Assembly (NCBI GenBank): GCA_965205675.1
Contig: OZ242186.1
Span: 1 to 64,000 of the forward strand
Direction of reading: 5' to 3'
DNA length: 64,000 nucleotides
DNA from: Nitrosopumilus sp.
GTDB taxonomy: Archaea; Thermoproteota; Nitrososphaeria; Nitrososphaerales; Nitrosopumilaceae
Part shown: one piece after another, positions 62,318 to 64,000 of the stretch
Numbering within the stretch: the stretch's first letter is position 1
How the letters are laid out: every line of letters begins with the position of its first letter
Position numbers and translations under genes: made by a program
Notes under the pieces: model-generated
Databases searched by the model: none
The model's input: only the letters and a program-made list of their open reading frames with translations
Told to the model about the DNA's origin: nothing

Positions 62318-63653
62318 CACATATCCATGTGAATCCCTTTTAACTATTGTCGGTATTTTTGCCATATTAATTACAGCTTACGCTAATACACTCATACTTT
62401 CAATCACAGATGAAACCAGACACATATCCATTCGGGGTTCTCCCCCAGTACCATCTTCATCCATTTATTAGGTGAAACCGCGGTTATAGTTTCGAGGTAT
62501 TATGCATCCTCAATGTGAAAACGCGGCCAAACTCCTAACTGTAATGTTTTACAAATTATTGATGACATTGAACAAATTCTCTCCTCTCTTTTAGCATCCA
62601 ATATATGACACGCAATAACTTTGATGCAGCAGCAACTGCTGCCTTTGAGGTCCCTCTCTTTTTCTTAATGCGATTATAAAATTTTGTAATGTTGCTATCT
62701 GGTGCGTATCTAACATGTGCATGAATTGCCTCCACTAGCAACCATCTTAGCATGGTGCTTCCTCTCTTTGTAATTCTTCCGTGATGTATTGTATCTGCAG
62801 AATTTCTCACCGATGGAACAATCCCTGCATATGCACATAACTTGTGAGAATTTGAAAATCTACTAATCTCTGCAATTTCTGAGAATATGCTCAATGCAGT
62901 GTATGGTCCAACTCCAGGTGTGGATATCAAAATACACACACCAGGATTATCATTTACCATGCGACGTATCATGGAATCTATCTTTGCAACCTCCTTTTTG
63001 TGAAATTTTATGCTTTGTAGGTACGAATCTATTCTATAACTCTCCAATTTTCCAAGTGCACGTATGTGTTCTGAGGAAAATGGTGTTGCTTTGATATGGA
63101 TTCCCTCCTGTAGTGTAATACCATGTATGGAATTCTTCATCTTTACAATAATGCGTATAATCTTGTGTCGATGTCTTACAAGCTGTCTGTATTGCACAAT
63201 TGTGTGATCTGGCACAAATGATTCTGCAATGTATCCCTCCTCGTAGCAAATTTGCAAGATGGTACGCATCAATTTTATCAGTCTTTTTGAGTGATGATGC
63301 TATTATCTTTGTGTTGTATGGATTAGATAGTATAACATCAAGATGTAATTTGTCTGTCATGTGTCTATAAAGGCCATACCAGACAGATGATGACTCTAAA
63401 ACATATTTTGCGTTCTTTGGAATTTTGGATGTAATTTTGCTAATAGCAGAAAAATCACTGGAAATCTTTTTGTTAAATAATAATTTGCCAATCTCATCTA
63501 CTGCTGCCACCTGTACAGAGTTCTTGTGAACATCCAATCCTACAAACATCAAATATTTTTTTTTCAGGAAGGGTAGTGTGTTTGTTTGCATTTCTTACTT
63601 TCTTGATACGAATGCAAGTACCATCTAATTTCCTAGCTGATTTTGGCACATAT
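62318..63653 (-). mobile_element. IS110/IS1111-type element A, copy 3 (frameshifted transposase)
   Basis: Near-identical direct repeat of 39245-40577 (about 8 differences seen, including a 3-nt indel). Confidence 0.9.
62406..62538 (-). ncRNA. Candidate bridge/seekRNA of IS110 element A (copy 3)
   Basis: Identical by eye to 39333-39465. Confidence 0.65.
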
Positions 63654-63816
63654 GGTTATGGTTATAGTTATCTTTTATTATCATATTTTTTCTGAGATAT
63701 GATTGGATTTGAAATATATGCGATCCAAATCTCTTTAGGTGGTACTTTGAGTCTAGATTGTATATTAGGAAACAAAGTTATGCAGACCAAACTTTGATTT
63801 GATTTTTTTACTACAA

Positions 63817-64000
63817 TAGACCTCTTGCGCAATTAGACATATTTTACCATATTACACAGATTCCTTCACAGCAAGATCCAAAGCTAAGAACAATAACTCC
63901 ATTTCATGTTAACATACAAGCAACTCTCAAAAAAGCCAAAATCCCTTCTCTCTTTTACTGGAGTGACTAGGCAACAGTTTGATGTGATTCTAAGAGACGT
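63817..64000 (+). mobile_element. Left end of an IS5-family (ISL2-like) element running off the window
   Basis: TIR TAGACCTCTTGCGCAATTA; ORF from 63906 MLTYKQLSKKPKSLLSFTGVTRQQFD resembles the N-terminus of DDE_Tnp_4 transposases. Confidence 0.7.

Overview
AT-rich archaeal chromosome segment from a Nitrosopumilus-like ammonia-oxidising archaeon (Nitrososphaerota). The assignment is inferred from PolD subunits flanking cdc6, a Snf7/CdvB protein, CFI-box-CTERM proteins and multiple TFB genes. The left and centre are mostly core genes (thrB, queC/folE/queE, cca, GINS, glnA, thermosome, glyA, DP2, GGGP synthase, cdc6, DP1, cbiE, hsp20-cdc48, crcB, cysC/cysQ) and include the probable replication origin with ORB boxes. 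The window is heavily eroded, with many pseudogenes, nested IS110/IS5 elements, two MITE families, a decayed tRNA-Pro island, a two-repeat CRISPR relic and a decaying defence island. The most notable signals are: (1) an IS110/IS1111-type element whose downstream non-coding region has bridge/seekRNA architecture, occurs as two homologous variants, and appears to carry the first 14 codons of its transposase at the opposite end of the element; (2) an origin-adjacent membrane-anchored winged-helix gene preceded by a dense TGTGAT array; (3) an unassigned structured RNA with a tiny ORF at about 61.4 kb. All alignments and folds were done by eye and need computational confirmation.
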